Shown here piece by piece: positions 41,001 through 49,242 of a stretch of DNA of 64,000 nt; positions within the stretch are counted from its first letter, which is position 1; every line of letters begins with the position of its first letter. Below the pieces are notes generated by a model. The model was given only the letters and a program-made list of their open reading frames with translations. It was not told the origin of the DNA and ran no database searches. The translations under genes were made by a program, and so were the position numbers. Source of the stretch: Nitrosopumilaceae archaeon (GTDB lineage Archaea > Thermoproteota > Nitrososphaeria > Nitrososphaerales > Nitrosopumilaceae); contig CBDBCR010000002.1 in NCBI GenBank assembly GCA_965203465.1, forward strand, positions 64,001 to 128,000, read 5' to 3'.

Positions 41001-43536
41001 GGTAAGCTCTGTCTCGGAGAGCGCCGGCGCGGTCACTATCGGGCTGGCCGAACCCGTATCGCCCGACTCGGGCGAGACGGTGCGCGTGACCACGTCGGGC
41101 CCGGTCTCGGATCTGGCCGGCAACGAGCTGGCCGCCGGCGCGTACCACGACGTGCTCAACAACCTCGACTTTGCCGAGATCAGGGAGTTTACAGTCACGT
41201 CGAGCAACGAAAACAACGAGTACGCAAAGAGCGGCGACACGGTGACCCTAAAGTTCGCGGCAAAGGCGGCCATAGACATCGACGGCAGCACCGTGACGGT
41301 CAACTCGCAGAGCTTGGATCTCACCCGGGTGGCCGCCGACGAGTTCACCGCGACGTACGCGGTGGCCGGCGGGGACGGGCCGCTGGAGATAGAGGCGCAG
41401 ATAAAGACGCCCGGGGACAACCCCACGGTGGCCGTGTTCGACGAGTCGGACCTGTGGTCGGTCGACTCCGAGGGACAGGCGGGGCCCTCGCCCAACGTGA
41501 CGCTGGACAACACGGCACCGCGATTCCTGTCCGGCTCGCTGGCCGGGTTCGCGTCCATATACGTCCACTATACCGAGGAGGTCGTGACCGAAAAATTCGA
41601 CTATTCGGACATACAGATAAGCGGCGGCGGGACACAGCACGAGCCCTCCTCGGTGTCCGGCTCGGGCGAGTCCTCGCACATACTGGTCATGTGGCAGGCA
41701 AACTACGACGAGAGGGTGATAGGGCGCGAGATAGGCTTCACGGTGGGCCCGCGCGTCACGGATCTGGCGGGCAACGACATAGCCAACCCCGCCAGGTACA
41801 CCGTCCCTGCCGTCACCGACGCGGACGCGCTGAGCACCATACACCTGACCAGCGGGCCGTCGGGCCAGGCCCAGCTGTCCATGCCGCACGACACGCTGAT
41901 CAGGAACGTGCACGCGGGGGCCGGCACCGTCCCCACGCTCAACGTCGAAAACTTCCAGAGGCCGGGCGTCTCGCACCTTCCCGGAAACCCGTCCGATCAC
42001 ATCGCCTTCCCGCCCGGCGATCCGCTCGTGGTGCACACGCAGACCAGCTCGGTGACGTTCCCGCCCGACGTCCACGTGGCTGGCTTCGACGAAGACTTGG
42101 GCCACACCATAAGGGCGCAGGTCTCGGAGCGCGAGCCCGACGCCGACTTTGTCGCGGCCCACCCGCACATAGACACGGACAGCGCGCACATACTCGAATT
42201 CGGCCACCCCGACGTGGATCTGACTTTCAGCCACCCCGTAAAGGTGGACTTTCAGGCCGGCATCGGGCGCGCCGACGCGGTCTTTTCGATAGACTCGGCG
42301 GGCAGCACGCTGCTGATAGCGGACTGCGGCAACGAGGTGTACGACGCGGGCGCCTCGCAGTCCGACCCGCGGGAGCGCGACGAGGCCGAGAGGCGCGCGG
42401 CCGAGCAGTACCTGCGCAGCGACCCGGCCGAGCTAAAGCCGGCGACGGTCGACGGCGGCGCGTGCGTGGAGCGGGAGCGCAGCGTGATATGGACGCTGCA
42501 CTTTTCGTCGTTCGGCTCGGCCTCGCCTGTCCGGACCAGCTCCGAGTGCGACGACTGCACCGCGCCCACGCTCGGCCTCGGCGACGACGGGGCGCGGATA
42601 GTCTCGGGAGGGTTCTCGTACAACGGGCACGCCGCCGACGTGGGCTCTTTCTTTACGGACTATCCGCAGATAACCGCGCAGGTGGGAGTGGAAAACACCG
42701 CGGTGCTAAAGGTGTACGACGAGGGGGGGACCGACCAGGTGAGGCACGCGGCCATCGCGTTCGGCCTGCGCTCGGGCCAGTCCATCTCGGAGAGCAGGGC
42801 CGAGATAGCTTGGGACAGGGACCACGCCGGGACCGAGACCGTCACGGTGACCGATCCGCACAACGCCCTCGAGGGCTCGGCCGTGTCGGTGAGCGCTTCG
42901 GAGGCGCAGTGCAGGCCCGGCTCGACCGACCAGTGCCTCTCGGTCTCCATAACGCACTCTTTCCGGGCCCCGCTGGACTTTGACATGGTGGGCACCAACG
43001 TCTGGGACGCGGACCGCAACGGGCGCCAAAACTACTTCAACCACGGCATACACATAGAGGGCGAATCGCTCAACGAGATTCCGGGGATGCTGGTGGACGG
43101 CCTGAGGCTGTACCCCATCAGGGCAGGCTCTGACCACGTGACGGTCATGACAGACGGGGACGGCCAACTGTACCGGCTGGCGCCGGACGGGACGTACAAG
43201 CCGCTGACCAACCAGTCTGCCCTTCACATGAGCGCCGACGAGCTGTGGTGGGTGACGGCCAACGTGGACGACGATCCGATGGGAGGGTACGACCGCTACG
43301 ATCCGCGCTTTGCCGGCGCGCTGGCCCTCGAAGAGCTGGCGGCCCTCGAGGTGCTCGGGGAACTGACGGGCCACGCGCCGCTGTCGAACCCGGACTTTGG
43401 CGCGCCGGCGCCCCTGGTGTACCACGAGCAGACCTATTCGGACCGCTCGTCCGACGAGGCGCTGGGCGCCGCCATTCTGGCCGAGCGGGAGCGCGCGGCG
43501 CTGCTGTACGAGGCGCTGTTCGGGGACGGGTGGTAG
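38053..43536 (+). CDS. Giant secreted Ig-like-repeat surface protein, paralog 3 (about 1,830 aa)
   Basis: ttaataaa at 38024; signal peptide ending PGAEA-H; stalk repeats; HFSSFG and CDDCTAPTLG module. Confidence 0.88.
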   Translation: MRGALYAVAAISALAAAALALPGAEAHEGTITVSSAAIVGPHSIDVVFTDRIGYVRDGTDAQQNALYSNDPSAHAPAIHNQMKALYNRAVGGDSSACPELKTMGARYSQLFYSNVVLSPGGAKQIYLVEPVNITTDRIHLNPCENIPRGATATLHIADASYGTHPNSVYNRQFNYTENPGDYFSFGWIGTHGHDINAATIHVIEGRPPVVLDNPLVNVNTGRVFFHFDGPGANGSLTDPSKITIGGVNMAGAYHTTTTGAVSLTLHGGQREALAEVQDTKLTKGGAPVPGSVVLAAGAFARASGHATEAVTLTPRVIKDTSPPELSFLFSEFDLGHGLIKLRFDEPVSTSADLGKTRMFNSGAYMTLAGASIQESAPYSERITIQLTPSQKATIMDPGSFPPRIQYGFRDQASFPDSHGFSNSLRNINMSGGAFSDAAGIAARVNHYFGTIASVHLDHGFEDRVAPRVLAQSLYLGNDGELRITLDEYVRARSADLTGVSLSGSGQSVSLSAASSLKSNGEELRISLTEEQRQSAIGMGARVDLGVRAGALNDLAGNPIAQLSGAQLSLVRDGQGPSFVSASLDDETGVLTVTFDERIDVTPASRVDQSGIVICASGRSDAARPADGPHADPTVNRLGICASGHSDAVRLSGQTVLGTAADAATVRLTLTEAQRSAVSAYNSGSLVLEMDAGAVRDTSGNPSPQLSEHLNASADKTAPSAQSASIDLGTGELSVTFDETVDATPAYRVDLSRVKLHEAGSAAMLPLSGAQVSEADSPVVRVTLTESQRQQAVSYASGLAVTLEAGAVHDAARNMAARTAGLSVSVSAQDETAPSLSAASLDGGTGVLTLLFDETADASAADTSKMWLKDRGSADAARLSLSSASSVSAHDAESIEVTLSGAQRQAALAFADLLLDLDASAVADTSGNGIEAARDAEVGDRLDAVAPSLVSASLSGPKEVRVFFSEDLLDSSVQQSDFEVSAHTVSSVSESAGAVTIGLAEPVSPDSGETVRVTTSGPVSDLAGNELAAGAYHDVLNNLDFAEIREFTVTSSNENNEYAKSGDTVTLKFAAKAAIDIDGSTVTVNSQSLDLTRVAADEFTATYAVAGGDGPLEIEAQIKTPGDNPTVAVFDESDLWSVDSEGQAGPSPNVTLDNTAPRFLSGSLAGFASIYVHYTEEVVTEKFDYSDIQISGGGTQHEPSSVSGSGESSHILVMWQANYDERVIGREIGFTVGPRVTDLAGNDIANPARYTVPAVTDADALSTIHLTSGPSGQAQLSMPHDTLIRNVHAGAGTVPTLNVENFQRPGVSHLPGNPSDHIAFPPGDPLVVHTQTSSVTFPPDVHVAGFDEDLGHTIRAQVSEREPDADFVAAHPHIDTDSAHILEFGHPDVDLTFSHPVKVDFQAGIGRADAVFSIDSAGSTLLIADCGNEVYDAGASQSDPRERDEAERRAAEQYLRSDPAELKPATVDGGACVERERSVIWTLHFSSFGSASPVRTSSECDDCTAPTLGLGDDGARIVSGGFSYNGHAADVGSFFTDYPQITAQVGVENTAVLKVYDEGGTDQVRHAAIAFGLRSGQSISESRAEIAWDRDHAGTETVTVTDPHNALEGSAVSVSASEAQCRPGSTDQCLSVSITHSFRAPLDFDMVGTNVWDADRNGRQNYFNHGIHIEGESLNEIPGMLVDGLRLYPIRAGSDHVTVMTDGDGQLYRLAPDGTYKPLTNQSALHMSADELWWVTANVDDDPMGGYDRYDPRFAGALALEELAALEVLGELTGHAPLSNPDFGAPAPLVYHEQTYSDRSSDEALGAAILAERERAALLYEALFGDGW

Positions 43537-43576
43537 ATTCCATGGCTGAGCGGGCTTACGTACCAGGCGAGCGGCG

Positions 43577-46500
43577 ATGCTTGTGAAGGGCAGGATCGCG
43601 CAGGTCGTGCTCGTATCGCTGGTTCCGGCGTTGCTGGTCGGATACGGCGCGCTGGACGGGGGCTGGCAGGCCGTCCTGCCGGAGGCCGAGGCGCACGCGG
43701 GCACGATACACGTCACCCGGGCCGCGCTGACCGGCCCCAACACCATCGTGATCACGTACTCTGGCGTCGTCGGGGCCCCGGAGCAGACGAGGCCCACCGT
43801 GCAGTGCTTTTACGGCGGTTGCATCCGGACCGGCACCGAGACCGTCATCACCGACGCGGGCCGGTATTCGGACATCGTGATCAATCCGGGGGGCTCGGTG
43901 GGGATCACCTCCCGCGACCGGCACGGGTACGGCGGCAACGAGCACCGCATCACCTTCGGCGGGAGCGGCGCCGCGCCGGACGCGACCGGCTCGCTAAGCG
44001 TGGCGTCGGGCGGCCCGTGGTCGAATTCGTACCACCGCCACACGCGCGCCGCGGCGACCGTCACGGTGCAGGACGGACAGGCGCCCGGGCTGGTACCCTC
44101 GAGCGTGTCGCTGGATCTGAACAACACCGGCGTCTTTTCGTTCAGAGCCAATGAGGATCTGCTAAAGTCGGCCACCGACCCGTCTAAAATAACCATAGCC
44201 GGCGTGAGCCTCTCGAGCGCCACCGTACTGGACTTGGGCGGCGAGCGCGGCGTGTACGTGACCATCACCGAGGATCAGAGGTCGCGCCTGGCCGCGCTGC
44301 AGGACGGCGGCCTGACGGCCGACTTTGCGGGGGCGGCGTTCGCAGACGCGCTGGGCAACAGGTCGGCCCCCGCTTCGGGCGTGCAGATATCCGTTACAAA
44401 GGACACGACGCCCCCTGCGCTGCTGCTAGGCGACTCGAGCCTGGACTTGGGCACGGGCGCCCTGAGGCTCGCGTTCAGCGAGTACGTGGACGTGTCCGAG
44501 GCGGACATGTCCGCGGTGCGGCTGCAGGATTCTTCGGGAGGCAGGGGACTGAGCCTCGCGGGCAGCGCCGTCCTTGAGGAGGACGACGGCTACGGCGTCT
44601 CGGTGCAGCTGACCGACCTGCAGAGGGCGCAGATAGCAAACCCCGACGCGTTCCCGCCCGGCGCCTCCCCCGGCGCCGTCCCGGGCGCGCAGCTGCCCGC
44701 CGTCGGCGATCTTCCCGAGGCGTACACGCTCACGTACCTAAAGGCGCCCTCGGCGGCGTTCAGCGATCTGGCCGGGATCCCGCTGTCCCGCGCGCCTGAC
44801 GGCGCAAAACTGCCCACGACGGACGACTCCGCCCCGCCTTCGGTACTGGGCAGCCCGGCGCCCTCGCTGGCCCTCGACACCGGAATATTGCGCTTCGAGT
44901 TGGACGAGTACGTCCGCGCACGCGCGATCGATCTAGAAAACGTCGCCATAAAGGACAGGTTCGACGGGAGCGTCTCGCTGGAGAACGCCGAGCTCCGCTC
45001 GGACGGCAAGGCCGTGATGCTGACGCTGCCGGATCCGGACAGGGAGGCTGCCATCAACATGCAGACCGACCTGCTCTTGAGCGTGCCGGCCGGCGCGGTC
45101 GAGGACGTCTCGGGCAACGGCATCGCCGGATCGGAGACGGGCATCGAGGTGGCGCGGGACAGGACCGCCCCTTCGCTGGTCCGCGCGTCGCTGGCCGGCG
45201 ACAAGCTGGCGCTGGTCTTCAGCGAGACGGTCGACGCCACCCCGTCGGGCCAGGTCGTCCTGTCGAAGATGTCGCTGCGCGCCCCGCAGACGGCCGAGGC
45301 CGGCGCGGTGCGCCTCTCGTCGGGGCAGGACGTAGCGACGGTCGAGACGTCGGCCGACGGCCCGCGCGTCGACATCACGCTGACGGCCAGCCAGAGATCG
45401 GCGCTGGCAGCCGGCCAGAGCTCCACGCTGCTGCTCTCACTCGAGGCCGACGCGGTCCGAGACCTTTCGGGCAACCCGGTGCAGGCCAACAGCGAGCTGC
45501 CGGTCGGCGCGTCGCTGGACCTGGCCGGGCCGGCGGCGCTTTCCGTGACGCTCGACACGGGCACCGGAACCATGTCGGTCACGTTCGACGAGATCATAGA
45601 CGCCACGCCGGCATCCAAAGTGGACGCGTCAAAGTTTTCCATACGCGACTCGTCGGGCAGCGCCGACGCGGTGCGCACGGCCCTTGCGAACGCCAAAGTC
45701 TCCGGGTTCGATCGCGCTACGCTGGAGCTAAAGCTCACCGAGGCGCAGAGGCAGGCGGCCCTGTCGTACGGCGGCGCGCCGGTCTTGGACGTCGCCGCCG
45801 GCGCCGTCCGGGATCTGGCCGACAACCCGTCGTCCGCCTCCGCGGGGCTGCCCGTGGCGGTCTCCGGCGCGGACACGTTCGTGCCCCAGCTGCTCTCGGC
45901 GTACCTGAACCGCGGAACCGGCAACTTGGAGATGCTGTTCGGCGAGACGGTGGACGTATCCGAGATTGACCTTGCAAAGCTGAGGATACAAGAGATCGCG
46001 GTGGTGGTAGAGGCGCCCGAAAACACGGGCACCGCAGTGTGCGCCTTGGATCTAAACAACATATACCGGTGGCTCACCGGCCCGAATGCGGGCCAGACGT
46101 GCACCCCGCCGACCGCGCCGCCGCCCGTGCCGCAGGCGTTCGTGCAGCTAAAGACGGACACGACTTCGGCCTCGGTACTGACCACGTCTGACGGCGCCTC
46201 GGTCGCCGTGGCCCTGACCGAGGAGCAACTGGGGTGGGTCGAGGCGTTCGAGCGCGCAGCGCAGCTTGACATAGAGGCGGGCGCCGTAAAGGACACGTCG
46301 GCCAACCCGATCCAGGCCCGCTCCGACGTCCCGCTCTCCGTGCAGGCCGACACCGTCCCGCCGGCGCTGGTCTCGGCGGCGATCACAGGCCCCAATTCGG
46401 TCCGCGTGCAGTTCAGCGAGGATCTGCTGAATTCGTCGGTGGACGCCTCCGACTTTGCGGTGCGCGGCCACGCGATCGCCGGCGTCGAGGAGACAAAGGG

Positions 46501-48964
46501 CACGGTGGACATCGAGCTGTCCACGCGCATCGACAACACGTCGGGCCAGACCGTGCGCGTCTCGGTGACCGGCAGCGTCTCGGACACCGAGGACAACGTG
46601 CTCGACGGGGCCGTAGCACAAATCCACGCGTACGCCCCCAACGATCTGGTCTTTGCCGACGCGGCAGAGTTCACCGTGTCTTCGAGCAACCCCAACCCCA
46701 TGTACGCGCGCGCCGGCGAGACGGTCACGCTGACCTTCAAAGCGGACGTGGACATACTGCCCGCAAACGAGACGGGCGTGCTGTTCAACCTGAATGACGC
46801 CTCGTCGATATCGAGCGTCACGGCGCGCGGGTTCACCGCCACGTACGTCGTGCAGCAGTCCGACCGCGACGGCCCGCTGGACCTGGTGGTCGCGGTGGAG
46901 ACGACCGACGCGATATCGACCTTTACGGCGGCCGACATTACGTCGGGCGGCAACGTGACGGTGGACACCACGCCGCCCCGGTACATGTCCGCGACGCTGG
47001 CCGGGATGCAGTCCATACACGTCCACTATTCGGAGCCGGTGCAGACCTCGGCGACCGACTATACGGGCATCGGCATAGGGTGCCCCGACTGCACGCCGCA
47101 GCCCGCCTCTTCGGCGTCCAACCCCGGCCCGTCCTCGCACGTGCTGGTGTCGTGGGCCACGCAAGTCCCCGGCACGGAGCGCTCCAACGTGGAATTCACG
47201 ATCAGCTCGTCGGTGACGGATCTTGCAGGCAACGGCCTGTCCAACCACGGCGTCAAGACCATGCCGCCGCCCGAGAACCTCGAGGCGGTCAGCAGGCTGC
47301 AGCTGGACACCACGGACAGCGGCGTCTCGGGCGTGGCGCTGCCGCACGACACGCTGGTGCGCACGGTCGTGGCCACGCCGGGGACGGTCCCGGTCATCGA
47401 CGTGTCGGGGTTCAAGGAGCCGGGCTCGGTGCACGGCGGCGTGGCCGGCGCCGGCGGCAACAGGGTAGAGTTCCCGCCGGGCAGGGAGCTCATGGTGGAG
47501 ACGGACATGGCGACCGTGACGTTCCAGCCGATGGTGCAGGCCGGCGGCTTCCCCAACCGGGACGGCTCTGACGCGGGCAGCACCATAACAGTCGACGTCT
47601 CGCAAAAGGATCCAGACTCGGAGTTCACGGAACTACACCCGCACGTGGATCCGGAGTTTTCGCTGATACTGGAGTTCGGCAGGCCCGACGTGGATCTTGC
47701 CTTCAGCGCGCCGGTCCAAGTCGCGCTAAAGAGCGACATACTGCCCAGCTCCACCGTGTTCACGATAAACGCGGCAGGCTCCACGCGCGAGGTGCTAGAG
47801 TGCGGCTCGGACGTGCGGGACTCTGCCACCGCGCTGGACTTCATAGTCTCGTCGGTCGCGCCGCTCGGATCCGCGACGGTCGACGGCGGCGCATGCGTCG
47901 ACAAGGACTTCAACGTCATCTGGACTATGCACTTTTCGGCGTTCGGCGTCTCGCTGCCGTCCCCGTCCTCGTCGGCAAGATCCAGCTGCGACGACTGCAC
48001 GCCGCCCACCCTGGGCCGCGACGAGGGCGGCGATCTGGTAGTCGCCGGCGGGTTCACCTACAACGGCCGCGAGGCCAACGTGGAGACGTTCTTCACGGCG
48101 TACCCGCGCATAGAGACGCAGGTGGGCTCGCCCAACGTGGCCGTCGTAAAGATATACGAGAACGGCGGGCCCGACAATATACGGCACGCCTCGCTTGCCT
48201 TCGGGCTGCGCTCCGGCGAGGTGATATCGGAGAGCACCGCTGCCATCGAGTGGAACCGTGACCACGCCGGCGCCGAGTCGGTCACGCTCTTCGATCCGCA
48301 CAACGCCATCGACGGCGCCAGCTTGGGCGTGGACGCCTCGGAGACAGAGTGCGCGGCCGGCTCTTCTCTTCAGTGCCTGCGGCTGGAGTTCCGCCACACG
48401 TTCCGGGCCCCGCTAGAGTACGACATCGTGGGCACCAACGTCTGGGACGCCGACCGCAACGCATGGCAGAACTACTTCAACCACGGCATACACATCGAGG
48501 GCGAATCGCTCAACGAGATACCGGGGATGCTGGTCGACGGCATGAGGCTGTACCCCATCAGGGCCGGCTCGGACCACGTGACGGTCATGTCAGACGGGGA
48601 CGGCCAGCTGTACAGGCTGGCCCCGGACGGCCAGTACCGGCCGCTGACGAACTCGTCGGCGCTGTACAGGAACGCCGACGAGTCCATATGGCTGCAGGCA
48701 AACGGGATGGAGCCGATGGGCGGCTACGACCGGCACGATCCGCGCTTTGCAGGCGAGCTGGCCTCGGAGGAGCTGGCGGCCCTCGAGGTGCTCGCCTCTC
48801 TTACCCGCGACGCCCCGCTGGAAAACCCAGGGTTCGGCGCGCCCGCGCCCCTGGTGTACCACGAGCAGACCTATTCGGACCGCTCGTCCGACGAGGCGCT
48901 GGGCGAGGCGCTGCTGGCCGAGCAGGAGCGCGCGGCGCTGCTCTACGAGGTTCTGTTCGGGTAG
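43577..48964 (+). CDS. Giant secreted Ig-like-repeat surface protein, paralog 4 (1,795 aa)
   Basis: Signal peptide ending PEAEA-H; stalk repeats; HFSAFG and CDDCTPPTLG module; 40 bp downstream of paralog 3. Confidence 0.88.
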   Translation: MLVKGRIAQVVLVSLVPALLVGYGALDGGWQAVLPEAEAHAGTIHVTRAALTGPNTIVITYSGVVGAPEQTRPTVQCFYGGCIRTGTETVITDAGRYSDIVINPGGSVGITSRDRHGYGGNEHRITFGGSGAAPDATGSLSVASGGPWSNSYHRHTRAAATVTVQDGQAPGLVPSSVSLDLNNTGVFSFRANEDLLKSATDPSKITIAGVSLSSATVLDLGGERGVYVTITEDQRSRLAALQDGGLTADFAGAAFADALGNRSAPASGVQISVTKDTTPPALLLGDSSLDLGTGALRLAFSEYVDVSEADMSAVRLQDSSGGRGLSLAGSAVLEEDDGYGVSVQLTDLQRAQIANPDAFPPGASPGAVPGAQLPAVGDLPEAYTLTYLKAPSAAFSDLAGIPLSRAPDGAKLPTTDDSAPPSVLGSPAPSLALDTGILRFELDEYVRARAIDLENVAIKDRFDGSVSLENAELRSDGKAVMLTLPDPDREAAINMQTDLLLSVPAGAVEDVSGNGIAGSETGIEVARDRTAPSLVRASLAGDKLALVFSETVDATPSGQVVLSKMSLRAPQTAEAGAVRLSSGQDVATVETSADGPRVDITLTASQRSALAAGQSSTLLLSLEADAVRDLSGNPVQANSELPVGASLDLAGPAALSVTLDTGTGTMSVTFDEIIDATPASKVDASKFSIRDSSGSADAVRTALANAKVSGFDRATLELKLTEAQRQAALSYGGAPVLDVAAGAVRDLADNPSSASAGLPVAVSGADTFVPQLLSAYLNRGTGNLEMLFGETVDVSEIDLAKLRIQEIAVVVEAPENTGTAVCALDLNNIYRWLTGPNAGQTCTPPTAPPPVPQAFVQLKTDTTSASVLTTSDGASVAVALTEEQLGWVEAFERAAQLDIEAGAVKDTSANPIQARSDVPLSVQADTVPPALVSAAITGPNSVRVQFSEDLLNSSVDASDFAVRGHAIAGVEETKGTVDIELSTRIDNTSGQTVRVSVTGSVSDTEDNVLDGAVAQIHAYAPNDLVFADAAEFTVSSSNPNPMYARAGETVTLTFKADVDILPANETGVLFNLNDASSISSVTARGFTATYVVQQSDRDGPLDLVVAVETTDAISTFTAADITSGGNVTVDTTPPRYMSATLAGMQSIHVHYSEPVQTSATDYTGIGIGCPDCTPQPASSASNPGPSSHVLVSWATQVPGTERSNVEFTISSSVTDLAGNGLSNHGVKTMPPPENLEAVSRLQLDTTDSGVSGVALPHDTLVRTVVATPGTVPVIDVSGFKEPGSVHGGVAGAGGNRVEFPPGRELMVETDMATVTFQPMVQAGGFPNRDGSDAGSTITVDVSQKDPDSEFTELHPHVDPEFSLILEFGRPDVDLAFSAPVQVALKSDILPSSTVFTINAAGSTREVLECGSDVRDSATALDFIVSSVAPLGSATVDGGACVDKDFNVIWTMHFSAFGVSLPSPSSSARSSCDDCTPPTLGRDEGGDLVVAGGFTYNGREANVETFFTAYPRIETQVGSPNVAVVKIYENGGPDNIRHASLAFGLRSGEVISESTAAIEWNRDHAGAESVTLFDPHNAIDGASLGVDASETECAAGSSLQCLRLEFRHTFRAPLEYDIVGTNVWDADRNAWQNYFNHGIHIEGESLNEIPGMLVDGMRLYPIRAGSDHVTVMSDGDGQLYRLAPDGQYRPLTNSSALYRNADESIWLQANGMEPMGGYDRHDPRFAGELASEELAALEVLASLTRDAPLENPGFGAPAPLVYHEQTYSDRSSDEALGEALLAEQERAALLYEVLFG

Positions 48965-49211
48965 GGGCCGGGCGCTGACGCGATCCGCCTGCCGGGCCGG
49001 TCTTGGGACGCGAACCGATCCGCGCGCGGCGCTTTTCCGCGCCCCGGCGGTCTGGACTGGCAGGTTGCGCCCGCCGGACGCGATCTGACGGCTTTTTTGG
49101 CCGACTGGACGGATGTCTTGCCGAACGCGGATGTACCGCAAAAGCGTGCGCTCGCGGGCGGGCGGCCGCGCCCGAGGCGCGCGCGGGCGTACGGTTTGGG
49201 CGACACATGTC

Positions 49212-49242
49212 TTATATACCAAAAGCTGCGGGGGGGGGGGGG
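49212..49242 (+). promoter_or_regulatory. TATA box followed by a G13 tract ending in the GTG start (giant gene 5)
   Basis: ttatata at 49212-49218; G at 49230-49242; the last G is the first base of an in-frame GTG. Confidence 0.72.
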